Below are positions 62,026 to 64,000 of a DNA stretch of 64,000 nucleotides, one piece after another; position 1 is the first letter of the stretch, and the number at the start of each line of letters is the position of its first letter. A model generated the notes under the pieces. It was not told the origin of the DNA, did no database searches, and saw nothing but the letters and a program-made list of their open reading frames with translations. The stretch comes from Nitrosopumilaceae archaeon. GTDB lineage: Archaea > Thermoproteota > Nitrososphaeria > Nitrososphaerales > Nitrosopumilaceae. The DNA is taken from positions 1,024,001-1,088,000 of the forward strand of contig OZ242274.1 of assembly GCA_965207375.1 (NCBI GenBank), read 5' to 3'. The position numbers were made by a program, and so were the translations under genes.

Positions 62026-63098
62026 CCCCTCATTTTCTTGATGTTTTTGAAATAATCGTCACTTAGTTTGTCATAATATGTGTCAAGCTTTTTGTATAGT
62101 CTTTTTTGATTTCGCCTCTTTTGGTTGCTTAAAACGTACAGTGCAAGAATTGGAAATGCAATAGTTGCGTCTGCATATACTGTGACGTTGTCTTTGTGTG
62201 CATCTTGTATTTTGCCCCAGCTTTTGCCTTCTTGCAATGTTGCACCTGAAAGGCCGCCTGTATCTGGCCTTGCATCGGTAATCTGTATGATGTAATCCTG
62301 ACCTCCGTCATTTTTACGTAAAATTTGATCAAGCAATGGACCTGTCTGTTGTGCTGTATTCTTTGGAACCCCACCTCCAAGCTCTATGATTCCTGATTTT
62401 TTTGAATTGTACACGATTGCGCCCTGCTCTAGAATCTCCCTTACAAAATCCAAACTGTATACCTTGTTTTGAAGTCTGTGTACTGCTAGATTCAATGCAA
62501 GCGATGAGTCCTTTAAGGTGGATATGTAAATTGGGACATCGTGTTTGTATGCAGATGCCACAAAACTTTTTTCTGGATATTTTGATTTGTCAGTGCTCAT
62601 TTTCCCTAAAAAGTTGCAAAACTGTGCAGTTGTAAACGGTCTATCTGTAAATTTATCCTTGTACAAATTTTGTATAATTTGATCCTCTGCCTCTAGTGTT
62701 TCATAAAATTTTATGTAAACATCTCTAATTCTTACGATTTCATTTTCGTATAGTTTGGCATCATCAACATCAAAATGCCCCTGTTTTACGGGAAGTCCCC
62801 AAGCAAAATGATCTTCATGATACACATTTGCACCAGTTGTGATAATCCAGTCTACAAAACCCCTTTCTATTAGAGTCTTAAATATTCCTCCAAATCCTAC
62901 TGGAGTCATAGCCCCTGAGACCGTAAGACATATGGTTGCATCCTCTTTGATCATTTTTGCATAAAGTTTTGCAGCCTCTCCTAGTTGTCTTGCGTTGAAT
63001 CCGGATCCAGAAAACACCTCGATAAGATCCTCGATATTCATTTTGGGATCAAGTTCTATGTGCGGGATGTTTTTGCCCTCAAATCTGTGATGATCCAT
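62022..63098 (-). CDS. dhs: Deoxyhypusine synthase
   Basis: GFNA, TTGAN, LGGGVPKN, GGLSGATLQEGKSWGK, DATIAFP. Confidence 0.93.
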   Translation of the reverse strand: MDHHRFEGKNIPHIELDPKMNIEDLIEVFSGSGFNARQLGEAAKLYAKMIKEDATICLTVSGAMTPVGFGGIFKTLIERGFVDWIITTGANVYHEDHFAWGLPVKQGHFDVDDAKLYENEIVRIRDVYIKFYETLEAEDQIIQNLYKDKFTDRPFTTAQFCNFLGKMSTDKSKYPEKSFVASAYKHDVPIYISTLKDSSLALNLAVHRLQNKVYSLDFVREILEQGAIVYNSKKSGIIELGGGVPKNTAQQTGPLLDQILRKNDGGQDYIIQITDARPDTGGLSGATLQEGKSWGKIQDAHKDNVTVYADATIAFPILALYVLSNQKRRNQKRLYKKLDTYYDKLSDDYFKNIKKMRG

Positions 63099-63175
63099 GC
63101 ACTTTTGGATTATTTTCGGCTACATAATAATTCCTATGTGTAAAATCCAAAATACTAGACACATCTATAATTATT

Positions 63176-63514
63176 ATGAAGTTCGTTGATGTTTCTTGTC
63201 AGGACAGAACAGACAGCAAACCGGATCAAACTATAATCGTATTTGAAAATGCTAGCTTTGCTCAACAGGATTTTACAGTTAACAAAGTTGAGCTGTGTTT
63301 GTACCGTGAAAAAACCGATGCTAATTTAGGGATTTATTCACTGATTACATCAGTTGTTCATACAGACAAGGGCTGCATCGAAATGACATATGATGAAGGG
63401 TTTCGTGGCACAGACTCACTCAAAAGTGCGGCTCAGTTTTTATCCTCCACCCTAGGTGTGTCCGGAGTGGTACTTCGCTCCATCATTGCCCTCAATGATC
63501 TGATAAAGACATAG
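63176..63514 (+). CDS. Hypothetical protein
   Basis: 112-aa ORF. Confidence 0.72.
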   Translation: MKFVDVSCQDRTDSKPDQTIIVFENASFAQQDFTVNKVELCLYREKTDANLGIYSLITSVVHTDKGCIEMTYDEGFRGTDSLKSAAQFLSSTLGVSGVVLRSIIALNDLIKT

Positions 63515-63549
63515 TGTTACAACCCTTTCTAAAGTTTGAATGGTGGAGC

Positions 63550-63664
63550 TAGGATTTGGGCCACATGTCGCTTAACCTGTGGATAAAATAGGCTAAAATC
63601 TGACCCAAAATGCAAAGAGATCAATATGGGTGGGGTAGGATTTGGGCCACATGTCGCTTAGCTA
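63550..63664. mobile_element. Degenerate ISH3-derived MITE with duplicated end
   Basis: 25-bp direct repeat TAGGATTTGGGCCACATGTCGCTTA at 63550 and 63636; interior aligns with 33766-33864. Confidence 0.85.
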
Positions 63665-63704
63665 TTTACATAACATTTAATTCCAAAATTTTTTGTGTGT
63701 AACT

Positions 63705-64000
63705 ATGCGAATCTTACAGCTCCATTGCGACAGCATTGACTATACTCCTACAAAAAAAGAGATTACAGATGCAGAACATGTCAAAAACCCCGAATCTGTA
63801 CATCTCAAAGAGCTCGTAGTCGCATTTGTTGCAATAGAGGATGGTGATGATTCATCTGTGGCACAAAATGCAATGGCTCAAATCAAATTGTATATGAAAC
63901 AAATTGGCTGTAAGAAACTATTATTGTATCCGTATGCTCATCTTAGCTCCAATCTGGCATCACCTTCTACTGCCTTGTCGTTGATTTTGGAGATAGAGTC
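63705..64000 (+). CDS. thrS: Threonyl-tRNA synthetase, archaeal N-terminal editing domain (runs off window)
   Basis: MRILQLHCD...LLLYPYAHLSSNLA. Confidence 0.93.
   Translation, partial: MRILQLHCDSIDYTPTKKEITDAEHVKNPESVHLKELVVAFVAIEDGDDSSVAQNAMAQIKLYMKQIGCKKLLLYPYAHLSSNLASPSTALSLILEIE

Overview
AT-rich archaeal DNA whose core genes match Nitrosopumilaceae (Thaumarchaeota): galT-like, apgM, rps24e, rps27ae, pus10, srp54, dph6, cofG/cofH, hemA-like, cspA, oppB/C, tRNA-Ser(CGA), fen1, rps25e, dhs, thrS. The heavy IS load and a giant NHL/FN3 surface protein suggest a host-associated (e.g. sponge) lineage (inference). Three accessory regions interrupt the core. (1) A 1.7-kb cargo (AsnC-like ORF plus AsnC-like/HAD phosphatase) lies between two copies of a 253-bp pus10 3' segment. 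(2) An island at ~11.8-21 kb holds a translationally coupled chain of Cys/His microproteins (provirus-like), a divergent S-adenosylhomocysteine-hydrolase-like/cupin fusion coupled to a methyltransferase, and nested IS630/IS6 elements. (3) An IS graveyard at ~31.5-38.8 kb (IS630, IS3, IS5, IS66, ISH3 and MITEs) precedes the 1887-aa surface protein. Features absent from the ORF track include a C/D box sRNA predicted to guide tRNA-Met Cm34, a ~135-nt structured RNA candidate and several microproteins. The best candidates for an undescribed system are the SAHH-like-cupin/methyltransferase pair and the microprotein chain. All calls come from reading the sequence; no searches were run.
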